Positions 1 to 12,974 of a stretch of DNA of 64,000 nt are shown piece by piece. The stretch is from Lingula anatina (lineage: Eukaryota > Animalia > Brachiopoda). The stretch covers positions 24,822,534 through 24,886,533 of the forward strand of contig CM120644.1 in the NCBI GenBank assembly GCA_051362555.1. The letters run 5' to 3'. Position 1 is the stretch's first letter. The number at the start of each line of letters is the position of its first letter. Under the pieces are notes generated by a model that saw nothing but the letters and a program-made list of their open reading frames with translations, made no database searches and was not told the DNA's origin. A program made the position numbers and the translations under genes.

Positions 1-876
1 TTTTGCTTTCACCCCACAATGTCTTAGATAGCTCGCGACCCTCCCTCTCACGACCCCTCCCTCTTGGGGTCCTGGTAGTCCTGTGAGTATTTTGATTTTA
101 AAAAGCAAACAGAATTATATCCAGTGAGAGGAAGCCGATGTCCTGCTCGCATTTCTTTAACTGGTGTACCATACTTCGTAGTCCTATCAAGACTGTGCAC
201 TGTTTGTTTAATAATGTCCAGAGAAACTTCACCGTCGACATTAAAATTGCAAAAACCACTGAAAACAAAAACCGTTCTGCTGTCGATCGCGTTTATTTAC
301 ATTTTGAAAAACTGAACCTCAGTGCTAAACAAAATAATGAAAAATAAAGCAATTCACATCTTCAACGCCCGTTCGATTTTACTTCCGAAATATCAAGCCG
401 TTTAATATAACCAGCAAACTCTTATCTTTATCATTTGTTTTATATTCTATACTCATCATCTACCTGTTAAATCTTATCACATGAAAATGAAAAAAATCAA
501 CATTTCATATATAGGCCAAATGAAATTCACTGTTTACAGTTCAAATCTACAAGTAAAAAAATGTTGATCTGCAAAAGATGGGAGTGCTCAATTAAAGAAA
601 AAAAAAGATCAATAATAAACCAAAATGAAATCCACTGTTAACAGTTTAAATTTAAAAATGAAAAAATGATATCTGCAAATGAAAAAGAAACATATTGACC
701 TGCAAAAGAAGGGAATGCTCATTTGATAATAGAATATGTCTTCGTATATCTTCATGCACATTGGCACAATTTCAACAAACAATCACACACATAAAAGTGG
801 CGGCTATTTGTGAGGTGTGTTCACTACATTTCCTCAGTTATATTAATAACATCATTAAAGTTTCAAATCATACAAG

Positions 877-3109
877 TCATTTCTCATTAATATACTTGTA
901 TGTGGATATTTTTCCTCCGGTGTTTACACCTGGGAGTTGGACAAGTTCAGTTCCAACAACAAGCTCACCCTTACTGTTGACGTCAACTGACGCAGGATCC
1001 TCAATGCTGTCATTCCTTGTCAGAATGTTAGGTAGAAATCTTCCGTCCGAACCAAGGACAACCACCCTGTGATTACCACTGTCAGCTATGAAAATGTGTC
1101 CAAACTTATCTATGCACACTCCATCTGGGTACCTCAGTTGTCCGTCTTCACTTCCACTCTGACCTCGTGTTCCGTATTGGAACATGACGTCACCCTGGGG
1201 TGTCACTGCATAGACACAGTGGGCCCTGCAGTCGCTGACTATGATTGCATTGATGCCGTGGTGGTATGCACATCGCAGTGTGCTCTTACTGCACATTGGG
1301 ATAGGGATTCTGTTTACAAGTTGAAAAGATATCATGTCGTACACACAGATGCACTGTGCACCACTATCACACACGAATACCTTACCCTCTGTACGGTCTA
1401 CAGTGACACCACAGGGGTCAGACATATCACCCTCACCAAAACATCGGATAACCTGACCTGATGTTAAATACAGTCTACAGCATTTATCGTAGCTTGTAAC
1501 CACGAATGTATCGTTACTAACTGTAGCGATATATTTCACCCCTGCCTCTATACTGATCTTCCGCTTACATTTACCTGCACTGGAGAATACTGACACTGCT
1601 ACATTATGTAAAACTAAAATACAACCGTCATCTGTGCATTGGATGCCCCACAGTGGCCAGCCCTTAACATTAAAACAAACTTTCCGCTCTGGCTTGTCAA
1701 GCCATGTTACCTTACTTGTGACCTTCTGAAATTCAGTCAGGTCTTGACAGTGACCTCTTTCTTGTTTCAAACTTCCAAAACATGCATCCAAGGGACCCCG
1801 GTATGTTTTGGCCGTAATGGACCCCGTTTTAATGAACAGCGGTCGTGGTTCAGGGATTTTAGGAAACTGTAGCACAACATCCATTTTTGTTTTCCCTGGT
1901 GTAAATGTTATGTCAGTGATCTTGGTATCAAAGACTGGTTCTAATGTCTGTGACTCCTGAATTCTAGGTAGGAGTTTTTTAGAGTGGGTAATGACCTCCA
2001 TGTCAGAACCGGTATCTGTGAGCTGCTGAGCTAAATCACGGATGCTCTGGATGGGAATCTTGTTCATTTCTTGCTTGTCCTTTTCAGCTTCTAAAGTCTT
2101 CACCTGCGTGGAGATGAGTGTCTTAACTTCTGTCGTTATTTCGTTGCTTTTGTCATCTATAGCTTTCTGCATTTCCATGTAATCTGACAGTACTTTTGGT
2201 TTGGTACGTTTCCAAATGGTGTTTCATACTTGTTAAATACGCGTCGATCTGTTGACGTACGTCTTTCTCTACTTGTTGATAATAAGTACTTAGTTCTCTT
2301 TCAATAGTTTCACTGTTTTCCATTAACTCCTTGGTCATAGCTAATTTTTGGGAATCCACCAAACGAAGAACATTTGTCTGATTTTCTGTCAGCTTTTTCT
2401 CTGATCTTGCAATGGCTTTCTCCACCTTTTCAAAACGAGACAGTTTCTCACTTGGGATACATCTCAGTTTTTCTTGTATTAACTCCCGTTGACATTTCAC
2501 CACATCTCTAATTTTTCTAAAGTCGTGTTTACTGTGAGTTTCCAAAATACAATCTCTACATGCCACGGTCTCATCCTCTTCACAATAGAATGTTAACTGC
2601 TCGCCGTCGTGTTTGTCGCAGTATTGAGCTTTGGGTAATTGTTCTCGTATGTCACATGGGTTAACTGAGAAATCGACGGTTGATAGATGTACAAAGTGAT
2701 GTCCATTTAATGCAGGGATACTGTCATGCAATTCACGACATGTAACACACAGTTGGTTGGTTTTTGGACAACCTTGGCACAGCAAAGTGGCCTCTTTATG
2801 CTTACAGTAGTTACAAAGTTTCCCCTCTGGCGCTTTCTGATCTTTCATGAAATCTGTTACTTTTCTTAGGAAGAAGTTTTTCACGAGAGTTTCAAACCCA
2901 CCTGATGGTACAGGGGCCTCTTGGCGACACACAGGACAGGAGAACTTGTTCTGGACACCATTTTTGGCTGCATGGTCAGCAATGCATTCCAGACAGAACG
3001 TGTGGTAACATGGGAGCACTCTCGGGTCTTCATATTCTTTCAGGCATATCTGACATGTTAGAAAGTTCTCGCTGAAGGCGCTGCACATTTTTTTCGAAGC
3101 CACTGCCAT
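877..3109 (-). pseudogene. TRIM-NHL gene copy 1 (RING, B-box x2, coiled coil, NHL), intronless, split by a 1-bp insertion
   Basis: ORFs 2153..3133 and 877..2178 together equal the full paralogue protein. RING CQIC...LPCYHTFCLEC...CPVC; B-box CDKHDGEQLTFYC...C..C....H..H; NHL PDGVCIDKFGHIFIAD. Versus copy 3 (tacttttgtttggtacg), copy 1 reads tacttttggtttggtacg, an extra G at 2198-2199. Likely ATG at 3109 (MAVAS). May be a sequencing error. Confidence 0.88.
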
Positions 3110-3193
3110 GGTATAAGCACCCAGAGTGGGCACAGCGCCCCGCCCCCTACAAGCAGGCTTCCCCGCTCTACTGCTGCCAGACCTTTGCGTATG

Positions 3194-3202
3194 CTTTATA
3201 TA
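3194..3202 (-). promoter_or_regulatory. TATA-like box upstream of TRIM copy 1
   Basis: TATATAAAG on the minus strand ~85 bp upstream of the ATG. The same motif is at ~40342-40350 (copy 3), with variants TAAATAAAG (copy 4) and TATACAAAG (copy 5) at the equivalent position. Confidence 0.45.
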
Positions 3203-5401
3203 TCATTAATAATCATTAATAATCTTTATAATTATCTTTATATATCATTTATATCTCTAATGTATTGTTTGATAAAGTTATATATTCACATCACAGTCAG
3301 GGTGATATCAAAGTACAGCGTGATTTATCAGTAATATGCTGCTAGCAGTCGTGTGCCGATTGTTTTTGAGTGTGCGTGCGAGAGGGAGGGTTGTGTCATT
3401 CTTAATGGACTTGTTATGAGTACGTCTTATTTTGCTTGCCATCAAGTCAAATATGATGTGTAACCTCGTGGCTTCACCAACCATTTTTTTTATCAATGAT
3501 GAATCATTTCGCTGTTGTTAATGTTAGAGTATTATCCATTATGGCCAATAGGCTCTTCGTTACCAGGTCGTCAGTGCTACACTTGCTCTACTGTCACCAT
3601 TAGAGCATATCTCCTTTTTGCATGAAAATCGTCGCTAAACCAAAATGACGACCCATTTAATGTAAACTATGTAAGACAGTGCTTTTATTATGATTTATAA
3701 ATTTTAGTGTCATATAGCCTCATGATCTGATAACGATGTTATGTGGAACATCGAAATAATGGAGATATTACTGTTTCAATATTTACCTGCTGTTTGTAGA
3801 AAAAAATCTAAAGTGCTAAGAAGTCATGAACGCAGATGTTGCTTAGACGGAGATATTGGGGCTCGTTTTTATTCATGGACAACACGGCATTTTGCTCATC
3901 CTTGAGTCTCTACATTATGGTTTTGCAAGGGCCATGAAACAATTCCTAACTATATTGTCGACCAGATAAAAGCACTAAGCTTTAAATTGACACCCCACAC
4001 TCCCTTAAATGCCTTTTATTTCTGTTTAGTATACATTTTTTCCTGCTCCGTTCTCAGTGAAGAGAGATTAGGTCTATTGGTGTAAGTTATTTCAATGATA
4101 ATTGTATATTGATACGTATTTCAGGACCACGGCCAAGTAAGGGAAGTGAAAGGTTTGCGATTACATCCAACAGTGGTGAATTTAGAGGGGTGCGGGTGGG
4201 GTGGGGCAGGGATAAGGGGGTGCCTGACCCCTCCCCTTCAGTTTTTCAAAAAAATAATCATTGTTATCATAAGCTTCGTGAATCAGTGTTTTGATTCCTT
4301 TAAATGATAATTTAGACGATTAAATAGTGTGTAACACAGACAAAAGACATGGGTAAGATGGCGTCCACTTCTCGTGAGAACATTTTGTCATTAATAAAGC
4401 AATATCAATATAAAGAAACCAAGTGTGTGCTGTTTATTGTGACGTATAATGGGCAGGGGTGTAAGGGGGCTTACCCCTACTTTTTTCAATCACCTCAGTC
4501 ATAAGCGTAGAAAGATGGGGACAGAAAATCCGACTGTCGTTGATATTTTTTTCTATATGCCACTTAATAATACCACATACTTCACGAATATGAATGATAA
4601 ATCCTATAAAATATGAGCCATAAATTTCTGAAGCTTATTAAACAATTTATCTTGTATTAAGTTAAGTCTGTAACTTACATGTTATTTTAGACACCTCGTT
4701 AAAGCACAGGGGGTACGCGTGAACCGAGCTCAGTGGAGTTAATGCTACTCCTCGAGTTAATTTTCCATATATTTTCATTTTTCATGAATACATCAACGCT
4801 TTTGTCATGCCACAATTTGCACCTTTCCTCTCTCGACCCCTCCCTCTTAAGGTTTTGGTAGTCTTGCACATTGTATATGAATTAGAACAGTGCCCAGACA
4901 GAGAAAGCAGGGGTCCTGTTCTTATTTTCTCTAACTCGTCACTATATTCTGTACTCCTTTCAACACTGTGCACTATTTGTATAATTATGCCCGGATCGAC
5001 TCTCCCGTCGACATTAACATGCACAAGATTACTGGAAAGAAAAAAATGTTTTGCTGGCGAACGCCTTTGTACAGCGGAATCTCAAAATGATAACAATAAT
5101 AAAGATATACTTAACAAAATCAAAACTCATTGATTTTATTTCTAAACATCAAGTTGTATTTGTACCAATAACCAGCAAAGTCTAACATTCCTAATGACAA
5201 CGTCTCATGTTCCTCACTTTAATGGATGGGGGATAACAGTAACAATGATATAAAATAATATACCCCCCAATCTTTATAGTTCTTGTTATATACCATATCA
5301 ATCATATAGCTATAAAAACTCTTCACGCTAAAAATGATAATATCAACAGGTTTCAAAAGATAAATCCACTGTTATCAATTATATTTTATAAATTAAAGAT
5401 A

Positions 5402-5700
5402 TTAAAGGGACAATAACTATTTGTATGAGATCTATATTTCACAATAAAAACCTTGTGAATAACTCATAGAAATATATAATATATTCTGTTTTACCACAAA
5501 AACAGCAGTTATAACTATTATTCTGATATCTGAACTTGTCTTTAGACAACGTGACCTGCATTGATGTCTATACTCTGTTAAAATCTCTTAATCTTAAGAG
5601 ATTTTAACAAAAAACCAAACTTTTTAGAAAAATAACCAGGGACTAACTTTGAATGTAAAAATGGATTCATTAACCATTGGTAAGTATGAGAAAATTGATG
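5402..5700. mobile_element. Fragment of a TTAA-associated non-autonomous DNA element (Kolobok-like MITE family)
   Basis: Starts ttaa|agggacaataact. Homologous copies in reverse orientation at ~42441-42690 (ends tatccct|ttaa) and ~54960-55157, and an end fragment at ~56190-56265. Confidence 0.55.
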
Positions 5701-6000
5701 TTTACTCCAGGAAAATTCATTTTTTTGGACAAAACGAAGAGTTATTATTGCTTTAACTGTGAATGAAATCAATTATTTGGTGATCTGCAAAGGATGAAAG
5801 TGTTAAAAGTGCTAAAATTGATTACCTTATATTACTTTACACTTATACTGTGTTTATCAAATTCATAAATTCCGTATACTCTCAGCATGGATATAAAACA
5901 AACAGGGTGCCGGATGGTTCTAAGTTAACAGTGTGTTCATTACATTTTCGTTTGTGATATTAATCACAATTCAAACATCATCACAGTGTCAAATCATAAG

Positions 6001-8211
6001 TTATTTCTTATCAATATACTTATAAATTGATATTCCACCACGGGACGTCGCAACAACAAGCTGTCCGTTACTGTTGACATCGACTGATACAGGATTTTGT
6101 TTGCCGTCACTCAAAATGTTACGTAGAAATCTTCCATTTAAACCAAGAACAACCACCCTGTGATTACTGCTGTCAGCTATGAATATGTGTCCAAACTTAT
6201 CTACGCACACTCCTCGTGGATTACTCAGTTGTCTGTCCCCACTTCCACTCTGACCTCGTGCTCCGTATTGAAACACGACGTCACCCTGGGGTGTCACTGC
6301 ATACACACAGTGGGCACTGTAGTCGCTGACTATGATGGCATTGATGCCGTGGTGGTATACACAGCACAGTGGACCTTTACTGCACATTGGGATAGGAATT
6401 CTGTTTACAAGGTTAAATGACATCATGTCGTACACACAGATGCACTGTGCACCACTATCACATACGTACACCTTACCCTCTGTACGGTCCACAGTGACAC
6501 CCCAGGGGTCAGACATGTCACCCTGACCAAAACATCGGATAACTTGACCTGATGTTGAATACAGTCTACAGCAATTGTCGTCACATGCGACCACGAATCT
6601 ATCGTTACTGACTGTAGTGATACACCTCGCCCCTCCCTCTATACTGATCTCACTATTACGTTGACCTGTGCTGGAGAATACAGACACTTTCTCAGCAGGA
6701 GAATAGTAAGCCCCATATACAAATAAAATACAACCGTCATCTGTGCACTGGATATCCCGCAGCGAACATATCACGCCAAAACATACATTCCGCACCGGCT
6801 TATGAAGCCAGGTTACTCTAAGAAATTCCTTCAGTGCAGGATAGTTTGCTCTTTTTTGTTTTAAACTTCCAAAATACGTATCCAAAGGACCCCGGTATGT
6901 TTTGGCCGTAATTGACCCCGTTTTGATGGACAGCTGTGGTTCAGAAATTTTAGGAAGCTGCAGCACGACGTCCATATCTGTTTGTCCTGGTGTAAATCTT
7001 ATGTCGGTGATCTTGGTATCAAAGACTGGTTCTACTGTCTGTAACTCTTGGATTCTAGTTTTGAGTTTTTTAGAGTGGGTCATGACCTCAATGTCGGAGC
7101 CGGTGTCTGTTAGCTGCTGAGCGAATTCACGAATACTCTGAATGGGAATCTTGCTCATTTCTAGCTTGTCCTTTTCAGCTTCTAAAGTCTTCACCTGCGT
7201 GGAGGTGAATGCCTTCACTTCTGCCGCTATTTCGTAGCTTTTGGTATCTAAGGCATTTTGCATTTCGTTGTAATCTGACTGTACTTTTATTCGATACGTT
7301 TCTAAATGTTGTTTTACACTTGCTAAATACGCGTCGGTCTGTTGACGGACGTCCTTCTCTACTTCTTGATAATAATTGCTGAGTTCTCTTTCAATGGTTT
7401 TATTGTTTTCTTTTATCTCTTTCGTCATGGCTAATTTCTGAGAATCAACCAAACGGAGTACTTTTGTCTGATTTTCTGTTAGCCCCTCTTCCGTTCGTAT
7501 AATGGCATTCTCCGCCTTCTCAAAACGAGACAGTTTCTCAGTAGGAAGACATTTCAGCTTTTCTTTTATCAGATCTCTTTGAAATTTTACCACATCCCCT
7601 AATGCTTTGAAATCGTGTTTGCTGTGGACTTTTACAATACATTCTCTGCATATAACAGTGTCATCATTTACACAATAGAATGCCAGCGGTTCTCCGTCGT
7701 GTTTGTCGCAGTGTTGAACTTTATCTAATACGTGGCGCAATTGTTCTCGTATATTGCCTGTCTTAACTAAGATGTCGACTTGTGACAGAGGTACAAACGA
7801 ATGGCCCTTACAAGACGGAATTTTGTCGTGAATAGCACGACATGTAGCACACAGTTGGTTGGTTTCTGGACAACCTTGGCACATGAAAGTGGCCTCTTTA
7901 TGGTTACAATACTCACAAAGTCTCCCCTCGGGCGCTTTCTGGTCTTTCATGAAGTCTGTTACTTTTCTTAAGAAGAAGTTTTTCACGAGAGTTTCTAACC
8001 CACCTGGTGGTACGGGAGCCTCTTGGCGACACACGGGACAGGAGAACTTGTTCTGGACACCATTCTTGGCTGCATGGTCAGCAATGCATTCCAGGCAGAA
8101 CGTGTGGTAACAGGGGAGCACTCTCGGGTCTTTATATTCCTCCAGACATACATGACACGTTAAAAAGTTCTCACTGAAGACGTTACACAGCTTTTTCGAA
8201 GCCATTGCCAT
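6001..8211 (-). CDS. TRIM-NHL E3 ubiquitin ligase-like protein copy 2 (736 aa, intronless)
   Basis: Intact ORF with C3HC4 RING (CHVC..LPCYHTFCLEC..CPVC), two B-boxes, coiled coil and NHL repeats (PWGVTVD, PRGVCVDKFGHIFIADSSNHRV). Confidence 0.95.
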   Translation of the reverse strand: MAMASKKLCNVFSENFLTCHVCLEEYKDPRVLPCYHTFCLECIADHAAKNGVQNKFSCPVCRQEAPVPPGGLETLVKNFFLRKVTDFMKDQKAPEGRLCEYCNHKEATFMCQGCPETNQLCATCRAIHDKIPSCKGHSFVPLSQVDILVKTGNIREQLRHVLDKVQHCDKHDGEPLAFYCVNDDTVICRECIVKVHSKHDFKALGDVVKFQRDLIKEKLKCLPTEKLSRFEKAENAIIRTEEGLTENQTKVLRLVDSQKLAMTKEIKENNKTIERELSNYYQEVEKDVRQQTDAYLASVKQHLETYRIKVQSDYNEMQNALDTKSYEIAAEVKAFTSTQVKTLEAEKDKLEMSKIPIQSIREFAQQLTDTGSDIEVMTHSKKLKTRIQELQTVEPVFDTKITDIRFTPGQTDMDVVLQLPKISEPQLSIKTGSITAKTYRGPLDTYFGSLKQKRANYPALKEFLRVTWLHKPVRNVCFGVICSLRDIQCTDDGCILFVYGAYYSPAEKVSVFSSTGQRNSEISIEGGARCITTVSNDRFVVACDDNCCRLYSTSGQVIRCFGQGDMSDPWGVTVDRTEGKVYVCDSGAQCICVYDMMSFNLVNRIPIPMCSKGPLCCVYHHGINAIIVSDYSAHCVYAVTPQGDVVFQYGARGQSGSGDRQLSNPRGVCVDKFGHIFIADSSNHRVVVLGLNGRFLRNILSDGKQNPVSVDVNSNGQLVVATSRGGISIYKYIDKK

Positions 8212-8216
8212 GGTAT

Positions 8217-9220
8217 TGTAACGTGACCGGGCCGCACTACGATCCTTCCAGTATCTTGGTGAAAATTATTTCTAGTTAGCCCTGTTTTAGCTGAATTTTA
8301 ACGATCGCTCTGCCACGTAAACAGCCTGGAAAAGGGAGCCGCCATCTTATAATGCATACAGCCTTGACATATTTAGCATCACCTCGTGACCTTAAACAAA
8401 CGACAAGGCGGAATAGAAGGAATGAATATGTAGGCCCTATATGATGCGCACGGACAACTTAACAGAGTTACATGTAATAGAAAAAGAAAAAAACGCAAGG
8501 GAAGTGTTGCAGTTGGATAAATAGTTGAAGAAGGGAAGAAATGGGAGAAGAGGTGCACTTGTCACTTGCACTTGTCTTTCGGACCATAATGCGTGCATTA
8601 ACGTAATAGGAATTAAAACTCTTTAGTTGCGTTATTTTGAGTTCCTTTGGTTTTGTTGGTTTTTATTTTATTTGTTCAGCGTCAGGCCATGAAACAATTC
8701 TTACCAGTCATAAAGATCACAGATGTAAATTCCTGAGAGATGATCACTCCAGGTGGGAAATGTTTTACTTTTCAACCAAGACTGTAGGAGCGTAATAAAC
8801 CATGTGCCGTCGAGATAAGAATGGAGCCATTCAGTATCGTTTCCGGGATTATTATTTTTTTATTTGAAATTTAGTTCAAGGTTATTATTTTTGTTATGGA
8901 CACCGAAGGATATTGTGAACTTTGTGCAAACGTCAAAATGTATTTTTGAATTGCATAACAATAATGACTTACTAAAATGACTTTAATTTTGCTTGTGCTA
9001 TTGATACTTTATAATCGATTTCTACTTTTATTAACGCTTTTGTATTTACTTTTTTTCGTGTTTGGGATATAGACTTCTTTTCAAGGGAGACTCAACATCT
9101 TTCCAGTCCCGCGATTAAAATAACGCCCCACGGGACCCTAGCGGGACAGGCTCATATATTTATATGTGATCTCATTCCTCTAGAGCTCTTTAGATGCCAT
9201 ATTTATGAAAAAAACCTGTT
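8217..9220. mobile_element. ~1 kb insertion 5 bp upstream of the copy 2 start codon (possibly a solo LTR)
   Basis: Other copies read gccatggtat..agtgggcacagcg within ~25 bp. In copy 2 ggtat ends at 8216 and gtgggcacagcg resumes at ~9224. The insert starts TGTAACG and has a possible ...GGGACA end at 9148. No TSD found. Confidence 0.5.
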
Positions 9221-9514
9221 AGTGTGGGCACAGCGCTCCACTACCGCACGCCGCCCAATTTTATCGGAAAGAATGTCGTTTGCCTGTATGTATCGTTAAG
9301 TAGGTTATCTACAGTAGGGTCTACTTAAAGGTCGTCAACAATTCAATCAGGACATGTTTTCAGTATCCAAGACGCTATGTATGTCTAGCATGTTTTGGCT
9401 AATTGTTTGACCTTTGAGTAATATACTGCGCTATTTAAAGGGGATAACACGTGAACCTCCTCAACATTTTTCTCAACTTCCACGTGTTCTGGACTCTATA
9501 CATTTACCTGTATG

Positions 9515-9765
9515 CAGTGGCCGATTTAGGGGGGGAGGGGGGGAGGGGGGCTCGACCCCCCCCCCCCCCCACATTAATTTCTGAAAAAATCTTACCAATG
9601 GTCCCCTCTTGAGGTCAGAATTTTGACTAGCTGAATTATAGTTCTAAATCGTGGCAAATGACACCGTTAGCTCTTTAAAAAATCAAAATTTTAGGGGCCC
9701 GATATCCACGCGAACGGGTTTGCATCTGTGCCCCCCCTCTTCAAATAATTTTGGATCCGCTCCTG
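9515..9765. mobile_element. hAT-like MITE
   Basis: Imperfect TIRs cagtggccgat / atccgctcctg with flanking 8-mers cctgtatg (9507-9514) and catgtatg (9766-9773), 7/8 identical. Confidence 0.65.
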
Positions 9766-11569
9766 CATGTATGTCTCCGGTACAGAGGCTGCTGCTGCCC
9801 TCTTTTAGTGACCTCATTGACTACTTGTTCTTTTAATATAGTCAGCATATTTCTTGACTGCGTGTCATTCGACTAGCTTTTTTTTATCCAATCCAGCAGT
9901 GAGTTTGATTTTGTATTTCTTATCAGATAGTTACCATTAATATAACATACGCTTTGTGTGTGTGTGCATGTGTGTGTGTGTGTGTGTGTGAGATCTCCTC
10001 CACGCACCCAGGTGAGAAATCTAACCTTCCTCAGAAATTCATCCATTCTATGGCTTCTCTATATGGAAAACTAAGCTAGAGCGCTCATTATATTGAATAA
10101 CATTGATTTCTTGAGAAGAATGCCTATAATTTTAACTTTTAAGATTTTTATGCTTTTTTGTGGGATTAAAAAGATCCTACGAGAGGTTTAAGCTTCTTTA
10201 CTGGAAGACCACTTGCAGGGACCAGCGCTGATTGGGTGAAACGGAAGCGGCGGAATAGAAATACACGGACATTCGTTATGAATTAAAATCGGCGGCTTTG
10301 TAATTCAAAAAAGTAGCTAATTAAGACATTTTTTTGCAGACACCCTGTTTATTTATGATGGAAAGAAATAACATAGTTAATGTTATAAAAGGACAATAGA
10401 CCCACAAAAATCCATTTCTCGAATTTTGAATATTCAGCACCCAATCTATACACTAGATGTATGTTTTAATCGATCCCCGCCATTAAAAATTTATAAAAAC
10501 AATCTATTAGTAGGAAAAAAAAGCGTTTTAGTAAACCTCCTCTCAATATGCATAAATGAAGCAATATATCTGGGTCAGGTGGTACTGTGACGGCAATGAG
10601 GATAAGGGTCTATGAGACTTAACTGAGCTGCATGGTGTATACAGACAATAGTTTAAGAAAGTTGTGTTGAACGGAGTTGAGCAATTTTCCTTATGCCTCA
10701 GTGTGTTGCCGTGGGATTCACCAAAATTGCAGCACTCCTTGACAATCTTTCTTTGTCTGTGACGGTCTTCCTTGACTTACTAACTTCGGTGACAATATTT
10801 GCGATCTCGGTCACCTCAGGTGTTTTAGATCATATTAAAAGCTGATGGCATTTTAGTTTAACTGTCATCAGTTGGCAAGCTAACTAATTGCTGATGCATT
10901 TTAAATGCATTGTAGTTGACCAAGAGCTCGTTAACAATATAACCTGTTAATTATGCACTGCTGCAATTCCCAAGCCAGGTAATAACATGTATCAAACTCG
11001 TATTGGTGGGTATTTATATTTTTCAATATATCTCATTTATTTCATGGGGTTATTTTATTGGTATTTGTAAATGACGTTAAATTTCAATATTTAAACAATT
11101 AAGATCAAACACGGTCGCGAACATTATTAACAGAATTTGATCTCAAGGTATCTTGAAGCATGCGTATGCCCAGGCGTTACTTCCTTGGAAGAAAACGTGT
11201 TGAGGAAAAACAGGAAAAAGAGTAAAGATTGAAAGATAATTTTAGACAAATAGACAAACTTTGACGGGGGAAATATCCACAAAGAGTAAAGGGCTATTGC
11301 ACCAACATCTTGTTGAAATTTTTACACTGCAATTCTATTTAGATAGCTTAAAGCTAAGGAGCTAATTGCAAAATTAACACTTTCATCACATAACAGGGGC
11401 GTAACCAGACCTGCAAAAGTTGAACGCACAGATTAAAAAAATTACAAGCACGTACAGCAAAATGTAGACTAACGCAAAACATGAAGGACAGCGTAATCAC
11501 AGCAAATGTACCCCATATAGTAGCTTAATTTCCATTTATAATAAGATCATCATTTAAGTCAAAAAGTCT

Positions 11570-11800
11570 TTGAGCCCTGATATTAAACCTACTATTAATC
11601 CCACTGAGCACCTGTGGCATGAATTGGAATGTGCATTGCGGAGGAGAACCAATTCCTAAATAATCTTGACCAATTCCGAAACTAATCTTTAGGATAAATT
11701 GGACAATGTCCAACAAAACAGAATTGTTGCCCGAGTTGAAGGCTTGACGCACCGTCTACAGGAGTACGCTGTAGACGCACACGCTGTTAGACACGTGATC
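11570..11800 (+). pseudogene. Tc1/mariner transposase C-terminal relic
   Basis: Degenerate translation SPDI..NPTEHLWHELECALRRR resembles the Tc1 motif SPDLNPIEHLW.EL; stops and frameshifts follow. Confidence 0.55.
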
Positions 11801-12171
11801 TTTAAGGAGCACGTTATGCACATTATACATAAATAAATAAATAAGTTTCTGTTCATGATTTTAAAATCCCGTGTTGATTTAAGCAGGGATAGTGTATTGC
11901 ACGGTAGACTGGATCCAGCTTTATATAATTAGATAAATGCAAAACGTTTTTCTTCCCATTGATAGGTGCATTGATAGGTGCATTGACCCATCTGTCAAAT
12001 CACCACCTGCCCAAGAACATACCCATGCTGCCACGGTTTTCAAACGCACACGCACGCACGCACGCACACATGCTTACACACGCATCGTGGGAAAGGGGAG
12101 GTTTCTGAAAACAAAACTATATAGTTGCAAATATTTATTTTTTCGCTTTCTTTTCTGAATACGTGATCTTG

Positions 12172-12974
12172 TTACACTGATTTAACAATTGGGAACGTGG
12201 CAAGATATCCGTGATAGTCATCAGCATAATACAGAAGGCCATTATGTGGATTGTAATCTAACATGGTATTGTATGTACCAGGTTGGTTGAACGAGATCCT
12301 GTTCAGCGGAAGTGTCTCTTGTTTTCCAGTATTGGTGTCATAGGTATAGCGGATGTACGTGGATGTTTCACTGTAGGAATCCGTGGCGTAAAGCACGCCA
12401 CATTTCATGAAAGTGTTTCCCACGCTTCTACTGCCAATGGTCGTTGCCCACGAATTCTCAACGTTGAGAGTGTCTTGGTTGATCTTAGCGATGACCAGGT
12501 TACAGTTGTTACTCCTGTTCCCGTACACTAACCACAGTCCGTACTCGTCCACGGCAAAATCAGTGGTAGCGTAGCCGCCCCATTGATAAGTGCATGTGTT
12601 GTCACTGTCTACGTATTTTAAGTGGTTCTCTGCCGAAATATTTCTTTTCTGGATATCATATTTAACTATATTTTGAGTTTTAAAACGCTGAAAATACAAA
12701 CCACCTTTGTTTACGACATGTCCTGTACCAGCCCATTTGTATGGAAGTGTAATTGACGCACTTTGTATGCCACGTGTCATGTCTTCTACAGTTTCGTATA
12801 CAGTAATTACTTTATTTTCATATCCTTTGAACAACCACACTCGGTCTGCACCGCTGGGGTTAGTTGGCTGAGAGTCTTCCATCCAAGAAGGATAATTGCC
12901 TTTTGCTGGGCTGTACTGAAAGGCCATTGACGTGTTCTCAATTCTAATAGAACCACCAGGAGGACATGTTGTCC
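12172..12974 (-). CDS. Olfactomedin-domain protein, last exon (OLF domain)
   Basis: OLF motifs LPYKWAGTGHVV, YQWGGYATTDFAVDEYGLWLVY, VIAKINQDTL, GNTFMKCGVLYA, MLDYNP. Phase-1 acceptor ttttttgttatag| before 12974. Confidence 0.9.

Noticed and set aside
1069-1461. Recurrent plus-strand ORFs antisense to the NHL region (also 6160, 38231, 45458, 59452)
   Set aside because: Their similarity follows from the duplicated sense genes; lengths vary, starts are non-ATG, and no domain is recognisable.
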